Below are positions 47,460-57,149 of a stretch of DNA of 64,000 bases, in pieces. The notes below the pieces were generated by a model that saw only the letters and a list, made by a program, of their open reading frames with translations, did not search any database and was not told the DNA's origin. The stretch lies in the NCBI GenBank assembly GCA_045804965.1, contig JBJMMD010000010.1:46378-110377 (forward strand), in the 5' to 3' direction. The position numbers and the translations under genes are program-made. Positions within the stretch are counted from its first letter, which is position 1, and the number at the start of each line of letters is the position of its first letter. This stretch comes from Thermomicrobiales bacterium. GTDB taxonomy: Bacteria; Chloroflexota; Chloroflexia; Thermomicrobiales; UBA6265.

Positions 47460-48728
47460 TCACACGGTCTCTGGTTTGACGTCCGGCTGTACCCGCTCGG
47501 CGACCGGCTCGCCGAGCAGCCCCAGGCGCCGGCCAAGTTGGGCAATTGTCAGACCTTGGGCCAGCAGCGTGAACAGCACGGCGCCATATGTCATCGCCAG
47601 CAATTGGACCCGGTGCGGAAAATCGGCAGGCAAGCTTAGCGCCGCGGCCACAGCGACTGCTCCCCGCAACCCGCCCCAGAAGAGCATGTGGCGCTCTCCC
47701 CAGCTCAATGGGAAGCGGGCGAAATTCAGCAGAAGCGGCATGCCGTATGCAACCGCTGCCCGACCCGCCAGAGCGGCGACGATGCCGATCACGACCTCGC
47801 CGGGATGATTCAGCAAGCCCGACGCGTGCACAGCAATGCCGATCATCAGGAAGAGGGCGGCGTTGGCGATAAAGGCAAGGAATTCCCACAAATCGGTCAG
47901 CAACGCTTCCGAGGCATCGCTATAGACCCATCCCCTACTCCGCCCTAGGTGCCCCAGCGTCATCGCCGCCGTGATCGTCGCGAGCACGCCGGAAAGGTGC
48001 AGGAGCTCGGCGGCGAGAAACGCCCCGTACGCCACGGCGACGGAGACGCTCATCTCAACCAAGTGTTGATCGACGGTCGCGATCAGCAGGTGGCCGAGCC
48101 AACCAAGCGCAATGCCGATTAGCGCGCCAGCCCCTACGGAGAGGACGAAAAGACCAACCGCCGAACCAAATGAGAAGCCATGATCAACCGAATGCACCAG
48201 CGCGGCCAGCAAGCCGAGGGCCATACCGTCGTTGAAGAGGCTCTCCCCTTCCAGTAGAACAGTTAACCGCTTTTCGGCATTGAGCTGGCGGAACGTCGCC
48301 AGCACCGCCACGGGATCGGTCGCAGCTACTATCGCCCCGAACAACAATGCGAACGTCCATTCGAGCCCGAGGGCCCAGTGCACAATCGCGCCGCCCACCA
48401 CCATTGCCAGCAAGACGCCCGGCAGGGCGAGCGCCGTCACGCCGACGCGCACCGACCACAACGACCGCAAATCGAGAATGAACGCTGCCTCGAAGAGGAG
48501 TGGAGGAAGGAAAATCAGCAGAATCACGTCAGCGTTCAGCTTCGCGTCCGGGGCAATCGATGATCCGCCGATGATGAGCCCCAGCAACAAGAGGGCAAGT
48601 GTGTAGGACAGGCGTATCCATTCCGCGAAGACCAACGTGATCGACGCGGCAACCAAAAGAAGGACGAATCGCTCAATCTCGTCCACAGGCGATCGACTCC
48701 ATCCAGGTCCCGGTGAACGCTGCGGCAA
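47460..48728 (-). CDS. cation:proton antiporter (CPA1/NhaP-type Na+/H+ exchanger)
   Basis: About 12 TM segments, with FLPPLLFEAA and ATDPVAV motifs. Confidence 0.85.
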   Translation of the reverse strand: MPQRSPGPGWSRSPVDEIERFVLLLVAASITLVFAEWIRLSYTLALLLLGLIIGGSSIAPDAKLNADVILLIFLPPLLFEAAFILDLRSLWSVRVGVTALALPGVLLAMVVGGAIVHWALGLEWTFALLFGAIVAATDPVAVLATFRQLNAEKRLTVLLEGESLFNDGMALGLLAALVHSVDHGFSFGSAVGLFVLSVGAGALIGIALGWLGHLLIATVDQHLVEMSVSVAVAYGAFLAAELLHLSGVLATITAAMTLGHLGRSRGWVYSDASEALLTDLWEFLAFIANAALFLMIGIAVHASGLLNHPGEVVIGIVAALAGRAAVAYGMPLLLNFARFPLSWGERHMLFWGGLRGAVAVAAALSLPADFPHRVQLLAMTYGAVLFTLLAQGLTIAQLGRRLGLLGEPVAERVQPDVKPETV

Positions 48729-48904
48729 CGACCGATACGCAAAAGGGACCGCCGCTTGGCAGTCCCCTCCATCAGCCGCGGTGGGTACGGGGTTCCCGGC
48801 GCCCCCGGCGCCTTAAATGGCGCTCCACAGCAGAGTATAGGGCATCGCATCGGCTGGCCTCGCCGGTCTCGACCACGCGGCCATGTTTTGTCGGTCGACG
48901 ATGC

Positions 48905-48936
48905 ATCCCGGCTCCTGCACGTGCAGGAGCCGGGAT
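48905..48936 (-). terminator. perfect 32-bp palindrome ATCCCGGCTCCTGCAC|GTGCAGGAGCCGGGAT downstream of the NlpC/P60 gene
   Basis: I verified the palindrome base by base. It lies 26 nt after the stop at 48962. There is no U-tract, so the terminator role is tentative. Confidence 0.4.
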
Positions 48937-48961
48937 TCGAGTCCCTTCTTCGTTGAAGGCG

Positions 48962-49678
48962 CTATGCGAGGCGAGTCGCTCCCCAATAGTGGGAGGCGTA
49001 GTAGTCAGCATAGAGGCTGGAGATCGTCACGCCGGTGCTCGGGTTCTCGGCGTGGATAAACAGCCCATCGCCGAGGTAGATGCCGACGTGCGAGATGCCC
49101 ACGTCATAGGTGTTTTGGAAGAAAACGAGATCACCCGGCAGCCAATACCCGTAGTCGACCCAGGCGCCCATGAAGGGTTGACCTGCGACCGCATGGCCGA
49201 TGTCGATGCCGAGGGTATTCAGGATGACGAACTCGGTAAATCCGGAGCAGTCAAATCCATAGGGCCCATTCGCCGCCCACACATATGGGTATCCAAGATA
49301 GGCCTGGGCGAATTGGACAATGATCTGCCCGGCAGGCGGTGGGGCGGGAGCGGCAGGCGGCGCGAGAGCAGTGGTCGGCGCCTGCGCCTCTGTCGGCCTT
49401 GGCATTTCACTGCTCACGACCCGATCCCAAGAATTTCCCTCGGCATCGGTCGTCACGCCGGCATCGGCGGAGGAGCTACTCGAGCCTTGGAGCGGTGAGA
49501 GCGATCCCGAATCCCCTCCGGCTCCGCGTACGTGGACTATCGTCTCGTCAGAACGGTTCTTTGCAAGTGTCGCAACGGGAGCGGACAACGCTAAAAACGT
49601 CACCGCAACAAAAGAGAGCACGACCTTCGTCACGTCCAGCCAACGTGGACGAGGGGCGCGCGGCATTAGCCACGCCAT
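48962..49678 (-). CDS. NlpC/P60 (C40) cell-wall peptidase
   Basis: GYPYVWAANGPYGFDCSGF contains the catalytic Cys, and ISHVGIYLGDGLFIHA the His. N-terminal TM anchor. Start set to ATG 49678. Confidence 0.8.
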   Translation of the reverse strand: MAWLMPRAPRPRWLDVTKVVLSFVAVTFLALSAPVATLAKNRSDETIVHVRGAGGDSGSLSPLQGSSSSSADAGVTTDAEGNSWDRVVSSEMPRPTEAQAPTTALAPPAAPAPPPAGQIIVQFAQAYLGYPYVWAANGPYGFDCSGFTEFVILNTLGIDIGHAVAGQPFMGAWVDYGYWLPGDLVFFQNTYDVGISHVGIYLGDGLFIHAENPSTGVTISSLYADYYASHYWGATRLA

Positions 49679-50191
49679 GAGTTCAATCCCTACTTCATCA
49701 CCAACCGAGCCCCCGCTCGGATGTCCCGCAGGCACCGGGACTGTCTGTTCCTGCCAATCTCCTTCCAGCCTGGAGAGCGGTGAGCGGGGTTTGCCATCCC
49801 GCAAAACGCACAACGATGCCCTATCGCGCCGCCCATCCGCGGCGCGACAGTTCGTAGACAAGGCGAGTTCCTGGCACCGGCGAACGCCGGTGCGTCGAGC
49901 GGATCTCTTGCCTTGGAGGACCACAGGCTACCATCGGATCAGGACATGTGTCCAAGTGAACGTTTAGCTTGATCGTCCTCCAAGGGAGCAGACTAAGTGC
50001 CCGGCCGCAGCGAGCATGACACGCCCGGGCGAGCGAGCGCCGTACGGTACAATGCCGCCGAGTGGAACCGTATGGTCACGGTTTAACTGCTTGCTTGGTG
50101 CCCAGTACGACCGTCATCGCAGGCGCCGCACGGCTGGTCATCACCGCGACGGGCGATTCGACGCAGTGGATGAGAAAGGGGTTGGAGGCGG

Positions 50192-51061
50192 ATGGCCTAC
50201 CGGTTCTTGCTCGAAGTGCCGGAGACGCTCGCGGCTGAAGCCGGGATAGTGATCGGTGAGGCGGGCGATGCGGAAGTCGTGGTCGTGCGTGACACCCACT
50301 ACACGGAGTATGACGAGCCGTATCTTGATTTGACCGTTGCCGCTCACTCGCTGCGGGTAGTCGACAACCTCTATCGCTGGTTCGACGAACTCGGTGCCTC
50401 GCGGCCTGATGTCCGGCTGGTGCTGAACAGTGGAGACAAGGTCACGCTCGAAGCCCACGATGCAAGCTCAATGGTTGCTGCCATCCGGCGCGACCAACCA
50501 TGGGTCGAACGCAGTATTCCGAAAATCGGTGAGCATGAAGCCGAGGAGCTGACCGCCTCCGACAAGGTGCAGGCGCGGGGAGCGATCGAAGTCGCCACCG
50601 GCGCCTCCGTTGCCACCGAGCGCGAGGTCGTCATTCGGGAGTTGAATCACATCGCCCTGCAGGTGGCGGACTTGCCGCGCGCGGAAGCGTTTTACATGAG
50701 CCTCTTCTCAATGGACCTCGTCGGACGCGCTTATCGCACCGCGCCGGGGGAATACGAGGTGCTCGAAGGCGGTTTCCCGGCGAATGCGGCGTCCACCGGG
50801 ACAGAAGCAATTGTCAGTTTTCTGCGCAATGGTCCGCTCACCCTCGCCCTGCGAAGTGTCGGACGCGGTGCGCGCATCGAGCGCGCGGTCTTGTCGCATA
50901 TCTCGATCCGGGTCGACGCTACGACCTTCACGAATCTCAAGGGTCAAATCCTGATGCGCTCCTATGAAGTGCTGGAGAGCGGGCAAACTTCGTTCGTGTT
51001 CAGCGATCCCTTCTCGGTTTCCTGGGAGATCACCTTGCACGGCACGCAACTCACGCACTGA
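50192..51061 (+). CDS. protein with C-terminal VOC (glyoxalase/bleomycin-resistance/dioxygenase) domain
   Basis: LNHIALQVADLPRAEAFYMSLFSMDLVGR is the typical VOC beta-alpha-beta start. GGAGG RBS. Confidence 0.6.
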   Translation: MAYRFLLEVPETLAAEAGIVIGEAGDAEVVVVRDTHYTEYDEPYLDLTVAAHSLRVVDNLYRWFDELGASRPDVRLVLNSGDKVTLEAHDASSMVAAIRRDQPWVERSIPKIGEHEAEELTASDKVQARGAIEVATGASVATEREVVIRELNHIALQVADLPRAEAFYMSLFSMDLVGRAYRTAPGEYEVLEGGFPANAASTGTEAIVSFLRNGPLTLALRSVGRGARIERAVLSHISIRVDATTFTNLKGQILMRSYEVLESGQTSFVFSDPFSVSWEITLHGTQLTH

Positions 51062-51084
51062 TCGCGACGAATCGGGATTGATCA

Positions 51085-51516
51085 ATGCTCGATAATTATC
51101 AAGACCTGATTGAAGAACTCCTCGGAACGCCGAAAGTGGTCCGGGCGCTGCTGGCGGACGACGGCACACCTGAGGCTTGGGCGCTCGTCGACGAGCTGCG
51201 GAATCGCGACACCGCGGTGCTCGACCGCCTGCAGCGCTTGACCCGCCAGCAAAACGCGTATCTTCGTCCTCTGCCCACGACAGATGAACTCGCGGCGAAT
51301 CGAGCTGCGCCGGCCGAAGCGGGCGACGCGTTGCTGACCAGTCTCGATATCGCGCGCGGCGACCTGATTTCGCTCTTGATGAATCTGACGTTGAAGGATT
51401 GGGAGCGAACCGGCACGCATGAGATCCTCGGTGAGATCACCGTCGCCGACGAGGTCGAAGCCCATGTCGAGTTCGATGAGGCGCACCTGGAGGGCATCCG
51501 CGCCGCTGCTTCATAA
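51085..51516 (+). CDS. DinB-like four-helix-bundle protein
   Basis: Size and pattern (W.RTGTHEILGEITVADEVEAHVEFDEAHL) resemble the DinB_2 family. Confidence 0.5.
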   Translation: MLDNYQDLIEELLGTPKVVRALLADDGTPEAWALVDELRNRDTAVLDRLQRLTRQQNAYLRPLPTTDELAANRAAPAEAGDALLTSLDIARGDLISLLMNLTLKDWERTGTHEILGEITVADEVEAHVEFDEAHLEGIRAAAS

Positions 51517-51555
51517 CGGTCACATGGCACAGCGCTCAGCGAGCGGGCGGGGGGC

Positions 51556-51583
51556 GAGCCGCCGGCGTGGGGGCCGGCGGCTC
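51556..51583 (+). terminator. GC hairpin (11-bp stem GAGCCGCCGGC / GCCGGCGGCTC, 6-nt loop) after the DinB-like gene
   Basis: I verified the inverted repeat 40 nt after the stop. It has no T-tract. Confidence 0.4.
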
Positions 51584-51838
51584 AGAGGGGAAAAGGAGGA
51601 GAGAAGGAGAACGGTGAGGGGTTCGCGCCGCCGCCGAGGGGGTGCGGTCGACACGATTATTCGGGCAGACGTAGAGTAGCACATATGTTCTATTTCGGCA
51701 ATACGCAATCCTTGAATCTTGTAGCCCGCGCGACGTCTTCTCGCACGCGCGAAACGGCCCCTCCGGTCCCAGGACGTCTAGACGATGGGGCGCGACTGCT
51801 TCCCGATCGCTCGCCGCGGCACCGCCTCGGAGGTAAGG

Positions 51839-52138
51839 ATGCACGGGGCGTATAAGACGCCGGGCGGGAAGCTCGTCGCCGTCGATTTCGACATTGACAA
51901 TGGTCGGCTACGCAGCGTCGTGGTGCATGGCGACTTCTTCCTTTATCCCGAAGAAGCGCTGACGACGATCACCCAGGCACTCGAAGGCATGCCCGCCGAC
52001 TTCGTCGAAAGCGAGATCGCCGCCCGGGTGCGCGCGGCGATCCCTGAGGGGACAGAAATGCTCGGGTTTTCGCCCGAGGCGATCGGCATCGCCGTGCAGC
52101 GCGCGTTTGCGGACGAGGAACCTTCCCCCCATGACTGA
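51839..52138 (+). CDS. lipoate-protein ligase C-terminal (accessory) domain protein, LplB-like
   Basis: YKTPGGKLVAVDFDIDNGRLRSVVVHGDFFLYPEEAL is the LplA C-terminal-domain pattern. ATG 51839 sits behind GGAGG. Confidence 0.7.
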   Translation: MHGAYKTPGGKLVAVDFDIDNGRLRSVVVHGDFFLYPEEALTTITQALEGMPADFVESEIAARVRAAIPEGTEMLGFSPEAIGIAVQRAFADEEPSPHD

Positions 52139-52934
52139 ACTGACCCAAGTGCCAATGGCGCTCGCCGCACGCTGGCGCGCCTACCAATGGCGGCTCATTC
52201 CCGGCCAACCACTGCCTCCGCTGATGAACATGGCGTTGGACGAGGTCCTCACCCTCCGCGTTGGCCGCGGCGAACGCCCGCCCACGATTCGCGTTTGGGG
52301 GTGGAGCGATCCTTGCGTTGTCCTCGGCCGATTCCAGTCGGTGAGGAACGAGGTCAATGAAGATGCAGCCCGTGACCTCGGGATTCAGATCGTGCGGCGG
52401 ATCAGCGGCGGTGGCGCGATGTTCATTGAACCCGAAGGCGCGATCACGCACTCGATATACGCGCCCGACGAGATCGTGGCGGGCCTAACCTTCCCCGAGT
52501 CGTATGAGTTTTTCGACGCTTGGGTGGTCGACGCATTGCGCGATCTCGGCGTCGCGGCCTCGTACGCGCCCTTGAACGACATCACCTCGAGCGCCGGGAA
52601 GATCGGCGGCGCAGCCCAGGCACGGCGGGGCGGGGCGGTTTTGCACCATACGACCATGGCTTATCAAATGAACATTCCGCTGATGCTCAAAATTCTCCGT
52701 ATCGGCCAGGAAAAGCTCAGCGACAAAGGGATCAGTTCAGCCGATAAGCGCGTCGGCCCGCTGCGCCAGCAGACTGATCTGCCGCGCGATGTCATTATTG
52801 AGCGCCTGATCGCCAGCTTCCGCGATCGTTACGGCCTGACTGATGATGCGCTACAACGCGATGAACTCGTCGAGGCGCAACGGCTTGTCGAGACTCGCTT
52901 CGGCACGCACGATTGGATCTACTTCCTCCCTTGA
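52131..52934 (+). CDS. lplA: lipoate-protein ligase catalytic (BPL/LPL) domain protein
   Basis: MNMALDEVL...PPTIRVWGWSDPCVVLGRFQ...RRISGGGAMF...GKIGGAAQ. ATG 52131 overlaps the upstream stop by 8 nt. Confidence 0.85.
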   Translation: MTELTQVPMALAARWRAYQWRLIPGQPLPPLMNMALDEVLTLRVGRGERPPTIRVWGWSDPCVVLGRFQSVRNEVNEDAARDLGIQIVRRISGGGAMFIEPEGAITHSIYAPDEIVAGLTFPESYEFFDAWVVDALRDLGVAASYAPLNDITSSAGKIGGAAQARRGGAVLHHTTMAYQMNIPLMLKILRIGQEKLSDKGISSADKRVGPLRQQTDLPRDVIIERLIASFRDRYGLTDDALQRDELVEAQRLVETRFGTHDWIYFLP

Positions 52935-52969
52935 GGAGCGAAGAACTTAAGTCGAATGGATCAGAACCG

Positions 52970-53479
52970 ATGACAGACGACCCCAGCACGCAATCACAAC
53001 CGCCCCAACAACTGGCACTGTTCTGGCAAGTCCTCGGGCGCTTGCCGCGCTATCTCAGGATGTCGATGGCGCTTGTGCGCGACAATCGCGTTCCCGCTGC
53101 GGCGAAGGCCGCGCTGGCATTTGGCGGCGTGTACGCAATCTCGCCGGTCGACGCGATTCCGGGAGTTATCCCCGTCGCTGGTCAGCTCGACGACCTCGTC
53201 GTCGCGCTGCTCGCGATCCGCGGCGCCCTGGCCCTATGCCCGGATCACGTTGTCGCCGATTATCTTGCCCGCTACGGTCTCGCGGAGCCCGGCATCGACG
53301 CTGACCTCAAAACCACATTCGCTACCGTTCGTTGGTTGACTGCCAAGACCCTTCGCGGCATCCGCCGCTTGGCCGTCCGGGAAGGCAGAATGCTGCTTCA
53401 CACGAGCAAGCGTGTCGCGGGAAAACTGGAAGAACGTTTGCGGCCGACTCAACACACGGGGCCGCCTGGTCCGGCTTAG
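52970..53479 (+). CDS. DUF1232 (YkvA-like) membrane protein
   Basis: VPAAAKAALAFGGVYAISPVDAIPGVIPVAGQLDDLVVALLAI. Confidence 0.75.
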   Translation: MTDDPSTQSQPPQQLALFWQVLGRLPRYLRMSMALVRDNRVPAAAKAALAFGGVYAISPVDAIPGVIPVAGQLDDLVVALLAIRGALALCPDHVVADYLARYGLAEPGIDADLKTTFATVRWLTAKTLRGIRRLAVREGRMLLHTSKRVAGKLEERLRPTQHTGPPGPA

Positions 53480-53481
53480 GA

Positions 53482-55707
53482 ATGTTCTCGATGACCGAGC
53501 TTGGCCCCGCAATTAAGACGAACACGACTCCACCGGCTTGTCCGGTCTGCGCGAATGCACCACGCGGCGGCGCGAATTTCTGCGACAAGTGTGGCTATCC
53601 GCTCGGCACCGACTCGACTCTCTCGAGTTCGGCCGGCGACTCCGCGGCATTGCAACGCGTGCTCCACGTCCTGGCCGGCGGTCTCGAGCTCGCCTCCACG
53701 CTCGAAGAAGTCGCGACGGCGAGCGTCGGCATCGCCGGCGCCGAATGCTGCACTATCGATCGCTGGCTGCCGCGGACGCAAGAGTTCATCGTCCTCGCCG
53801 AGTCGTCGACCGCGGACTGGACCGAAGGCGACGTCGAGCCGGGATTTCGGTATTTCCTTTCCGACAACCTGACGCTCACACCCGTGCTTGCCGGCGAAAT
53901 CGTGCGCCACGAACCGGACGATCCTCGCCTCTCGCCGCACGAACGCCAACAATTTCTCGAGTGGGGCGTCGGCTCGGCGCTCTTCGTGCCGATCATGCTC
54001 AATCAGCAGCTTGTCGGCATGCTGGAACTCTATAGCCGAAAGCCAGACGCCTTTCCGCCGCGGCGGGTAGCGGCATGCGCCGAACTTGCCGCCTACGCCG
54101 CGATCGGATTTGAACGAGGCATCGCCTTCGAGCGGGATAGGAAGCTCGCGGCCCGACTGGGCGCGGTAGCGGAGGCGGCGACGCGGGTCGTAAAGGAGCT
54201 CGATCTTGACCAGCTCGTCAGCGAGATCCCGGTCACTATTCGTGAGACGCTCGGTTATGACTTGGTCAACGTCTTCATGGTCGATTCTCAGATCGGTGGC
54301 CTCATTCTTCGTGCCAGCGCCGGTTTTCCAGGTGATGCGCCAATCGGTTCCAGTATGTCCGCGGGAACGGGCATCATTGGACGCACTGCCGCCACTGGCG
54401 AGTCTTACGTCTCAGACGATGTCACCCAGGACTCCTTCTACATCGCTGGTCCGGAATTAAGCGAGATTCGTTCCGAACTCGCCGCTCCAATTGTTGGCTA
54501 TGAGCGAGTGCTTGGCGTGTTAGACGTGCAGAGCTACCAGGCGGCGGCATTCGACGAAACCGACGCGGTCGCGCTGAACGCCCTCGCTGCCGAACTCGGC
54601 GTCGCCTTCGAGAACGCGCGGCTGTTTGAGCGCATCCGGGCGGACGACTACCAGCTCCGTGCTGTCATGGAATCGGCGCCGAATCCACTCACCATCTATG
54701 ACGCGCGCGGACGGGTCATGCTCGTAAACGAGCGCATGCGCGAGCTGTTCCAATTCAGCGACGAGGTCGTCGGACTCACCTTCGAGGAGGCGATCGCCCT
54801 CGCCCCACCATCCGTGCAAACAACGGTTGCCAATCTCGTGGAAGCCGAGACCAGTGCTTCCGAGGTGGTCGAAGACGAGCTCAATTTTGCCGATCCCCCG
54901 CGCACCTTTCTTCGCCGGGTGACGCCGGTGACCGCCGGCCAGACGCCGATTGCGCACGTGGTCGTCTATCAAGAAGTGACGAAGGAGCGGGCCGCGCTTC
55001 GGGCCAAGGATCAGCTCCTATCGATTGCTGCCCATGAGCTTCGCACGCCCTTGACAGCCATGCTCGGTTTCGGCGATCTCGTTAAGTCCCAGCTCGAACA
55101 AGAAGAGATCGACCGCGAAGCGGTCAACCGGCGTATGGCCACCATTCAGCGCGAGGCCCGCCGCCTCGCCAAACTCGTCGAACAATTGTTGGGGCTGGCG
55201 CAGCTCGAGTCGGGCGAGTCGCCACTCGAACTCGCCTCGGTCGAGCTGGGCGAGCTTGCGCTACGCGTCATGGAGCGGTTCGATCTCAATCCAGAACACA
55301 GCGGTCGCCTCCGCCTGGTTCAGCAAGGAGCGCCGATCATTGGCACCTGGGACGAGAACCGCCTCGACCAGATTTTGACCAATCTCGTCGACAACGCGAT
55401 CAAATATTCGCCGCCCGGTAGCCCAATCGAGATCGTGATCGATCAGTTCGACGCGAGCGAGGCCTGCCTCGAGATTCGCGATCATGGCTCTGGGCTTACT
55501 AGCGACGAGCTCGGCCACTTATTCCGCCCGTTCTCCCGGCTCGGCGCGGACAGATCGCGGGGCAGCGGTCTTGGCCTTGGTCTCTACGTCAGCCGGATGC
55601 TCGCCGAGCGCCACGGCGGCAAACTCTGGCTCGAAAGCCCGCCTGATGGCAACGGGGTGACCGCGCGCGTGACGCTTCCACTGGACACCTCAGTAACCGG
55701 TCCTTAG
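53482..55707 (+). CDS. cytoplasmic sensor histidine kinase (zinc ribbon - GAF - GAF - PAS - HisKA - HATPase_c)
   Basis: CPVCANAPRGGANFCDKCGYP, H-box SIAAHELRTPLTAM, N-box DNAIKYSP, and G-boxes RDHGSGL / GSGLGLGL. No TM segment is seen. The start could be ATG 53482 or ATG 53491. Confidence 0.85.
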   Translation: MFSMTELGPAIKTNTTPPACPVCANAPRGGANFCDKCGYPLGTDSTLSSSAGDSAALQRVLHVLAGGLELASTLEEVATASVGIAGAECCTIDRWLPRTQEFIVLAESSTADWTEGDVEPGFRYFLSDNLTLTPVLAGEIVRHEPDDPRLSPHERQQFLEWGVGSALFVPIMLNQQLVGMLELYSRKPDAFPPRRVAACAELAAYAAIGFERGIAFERDRKLAARLGAVAEAATRVVKELDLDQLVSEIPVTIRETLGYDLVNVFMVDSQIGGLILRASAGFPGDAPIGSSMSAGTGIIGRTAATGESYVSDDVTQDSFYIAGPELSEIRSELAAPIVGYERVLGVLDVQSYQAAAFDETDAVALNALAAELGVAFENARLFERIRADDYQLRAVMESAPNPLTIYDARGRVMLVNERMRELFQFSDEVVGLTFEEAIALAPPSVQTTVANLVEAETSASEVVEDELNFADPPRTFLRRVTPVTAGQTPIAHVVVYQEVTKERAALRAKDQLLSIAAHELRTPLTAMLGFGDLVKSQLEQEEIDREAVNRRMATIQREARRLAKLVEQLLGLAQLESGESPLELASVELGELALRVMERFDLNPEHSGRLRLVQQGAPIIGTWDENRLDQILTNLVDNAIKYSPPGSPIEIVIDQFDASEACLEIRDHGSGLTSDELGHLFRPFSRLGADRSRGSGLGLGLYVSRMLAERHGGKLWLESPPDGNGVTARVTLPLDTSVTGP

Positions 55708-55816
55708 CGCCTGAAATGGTCCTTAGCAGCGCGCGTATCTTCTTTTGAGGCGTCAAAAGAAGATAGCTGGCGGGTGCTAACCGCCTCACCTAACCTGGCG
55801 TTGATAGGGAGCGGCG

Positions 55817-57064
55817 CTAGAGCGGTTCGGTTTGGACGATGACAGCCAAACTCGCCGTGAACCCGTGGACGAACGTCCGGCGACCAACGGGTCCGATCTC
55901 GCCGTTGCAAAAGAGTCCGGCAAGCGGCAAAGGCCCAAGCTTTTTCGCGATCGCCGAGGCATCGTGGTTCGGTGTTCCGAAGAGCCCGATGCCACGGCCA
56001 TTGCACGTGCACAACACTGCCGCGACCGCGCCGCGCCCATAGATCTGGTCGCGAAGGCGGTCGAGCAGCATCGATAAATCGAGATCGGCGGTCGCGGCAT
56101 CGCGCATCTGAAACTGGATGGTCTGCCCGGGTTGCGGAAACGCGGAAAGCGCCAGCCCGCCAGTCTCGCCGTCGTAGCCGACCATGTTCCGGATCAAGAA
56201 ATCGCCACGCGCAAACTCGTGTAAGTATTCATCGACCGCGAGCCCAACCAGTAAGTTGCGCTGCGCTCGCTGTTGGTTTTCCGGTGGCAACGCGTTGAGC
56301 GTGTCGGCCATGACGTGCGCCGCCGCGCGGTTGGAGATCGTCTGAACCCAGTTGTCTTGCGTGGTGGTAATCATCCAAGGCTCGCCTATCGGCTGGCAAC
56401 CCTGGGAGACGAGTGGGGCGATCGCATAGGGGCCGCCTATGGCGAGCCCGATCCCGCCATCAGCGACCAGTTGGTCGTTGAAGAAGACCCACGACCGGCG
56501 CTCATATGGATCGGCTGAGGCGAGTCCACCTATGATCGGCGTGCCGGGATAGGCGTCCGAAAGCTTGGCGACCAAGTACTCGCAATTTATCCGAAATGGG
56601 TCGGCGAACACGAGCCAGCCGTTGACGTCGTCCCGCTCCACCCCGAACGGAGCGCCGATTGGCGCTCGGGAACCCTCGCCAAAATCGCCCGGCTCCTCCC
56701 CGAGCGGAACCGACGCCTGATCGCGAGCGCTCATCTCATCGAGCATGGCCTGGTCAAAACGCACCGTCTGCAACTTGGCGCCGGGCAAGGCCAGTTGCAG
56801 CACCGCGATCGCGGGCTGGTCCTCCACCTCGCGCTCGGGACCGATGATGCCTGCGCCGGAGCAACCGATCAGGATCGGGGCGCCGCTGTGCTGCCGCGCC
56901 GCAGCCAGCAGGTCTGGAAAATCGGCCGCAAAAGCCGAACTGGCAAAGAGCATCGTGACGTCTGGTTCGACTTCGGCCGTCTCCGCGAACGCCTGCGACA
57001 GCACCAGCCGCCAATCACTTCCGGCGACAAGGGCGGCGCGCCCGGCAGGAACCCGGTCGATCAT
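55817..57064 (-). CDS. FIST (N+C) signal-transduction domain protein
   Basis: Overall FIST_N/FIST_C pattern (LFASSAF...GCSGAGIIG...; C-terminal LAGLFCNGEIGPV). Confidence 0.75.
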   Translation of the reverse strand: MIDRVPAGRAALVAGSDWRLVLSQAFAETAEVEPDVTMLFASSAFAADFPDLLAAARQHSGAPILIGCSGAGIIGPEREVEDQPAIAVLQLALPGAKLQTVRFDQAMLDEMSARDQASVPLGEEPGDFGEGSRAPIGAPFGVERDDVNGWLVFADPFRINCEYLVAKLSDAYPGTPIIGGLASADPYERRSWVFFNDQLVADGGIGLAIGGPYAIAPLVSQGCQPIGEPWMITTTQDNWVQTISNRAAAHVMADTLNALPPENQQRAQRNLLVGLAVDEYLHEFARGDFLIRNMVGYDGETGGLALSAFPQPGQTIQFQMRDAATADLDLSMLLDRLRDQIYGRGAVAAVLCTCNGRGIGLFGTPNHDASAIAKKLGPLPLAGLFCNGEIGPVGRRTFVHGFTASLAVIVQTEPL

Positions 57065-57149
57065 GAGCTACATACTCCATGGCGCCGATGAGCGAACACA
57101 CCGGTGGCGAGCCGTTGGAGACCGGAACACCGGCCACGGTGAAGGAAGC

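Noticed and set aside
48925-48950. tRNA-like T-arm sequence GGGATTCGAGTCCC suggesting a tRNA gene or an att site
   Set aside because: I could not build a 5-bp T-stem with a 7-nt loop, nor an acceptor stem, D-arm or anticodon arm, on either strand. The sequence is part of the 32-bp palindrome region.
49679-50000. Cyclic-di-AMP (ydaO) riboswitch call upstream of NlpC/P60
   Set aside because: By eye I could not find the conserved ydaO core elements, namely the paired GGGGA/CCCGA-type internal loops and the 3' CAGCUAAC...GUAAGC segment in the right order. I report it only as an unclassified structured leader.
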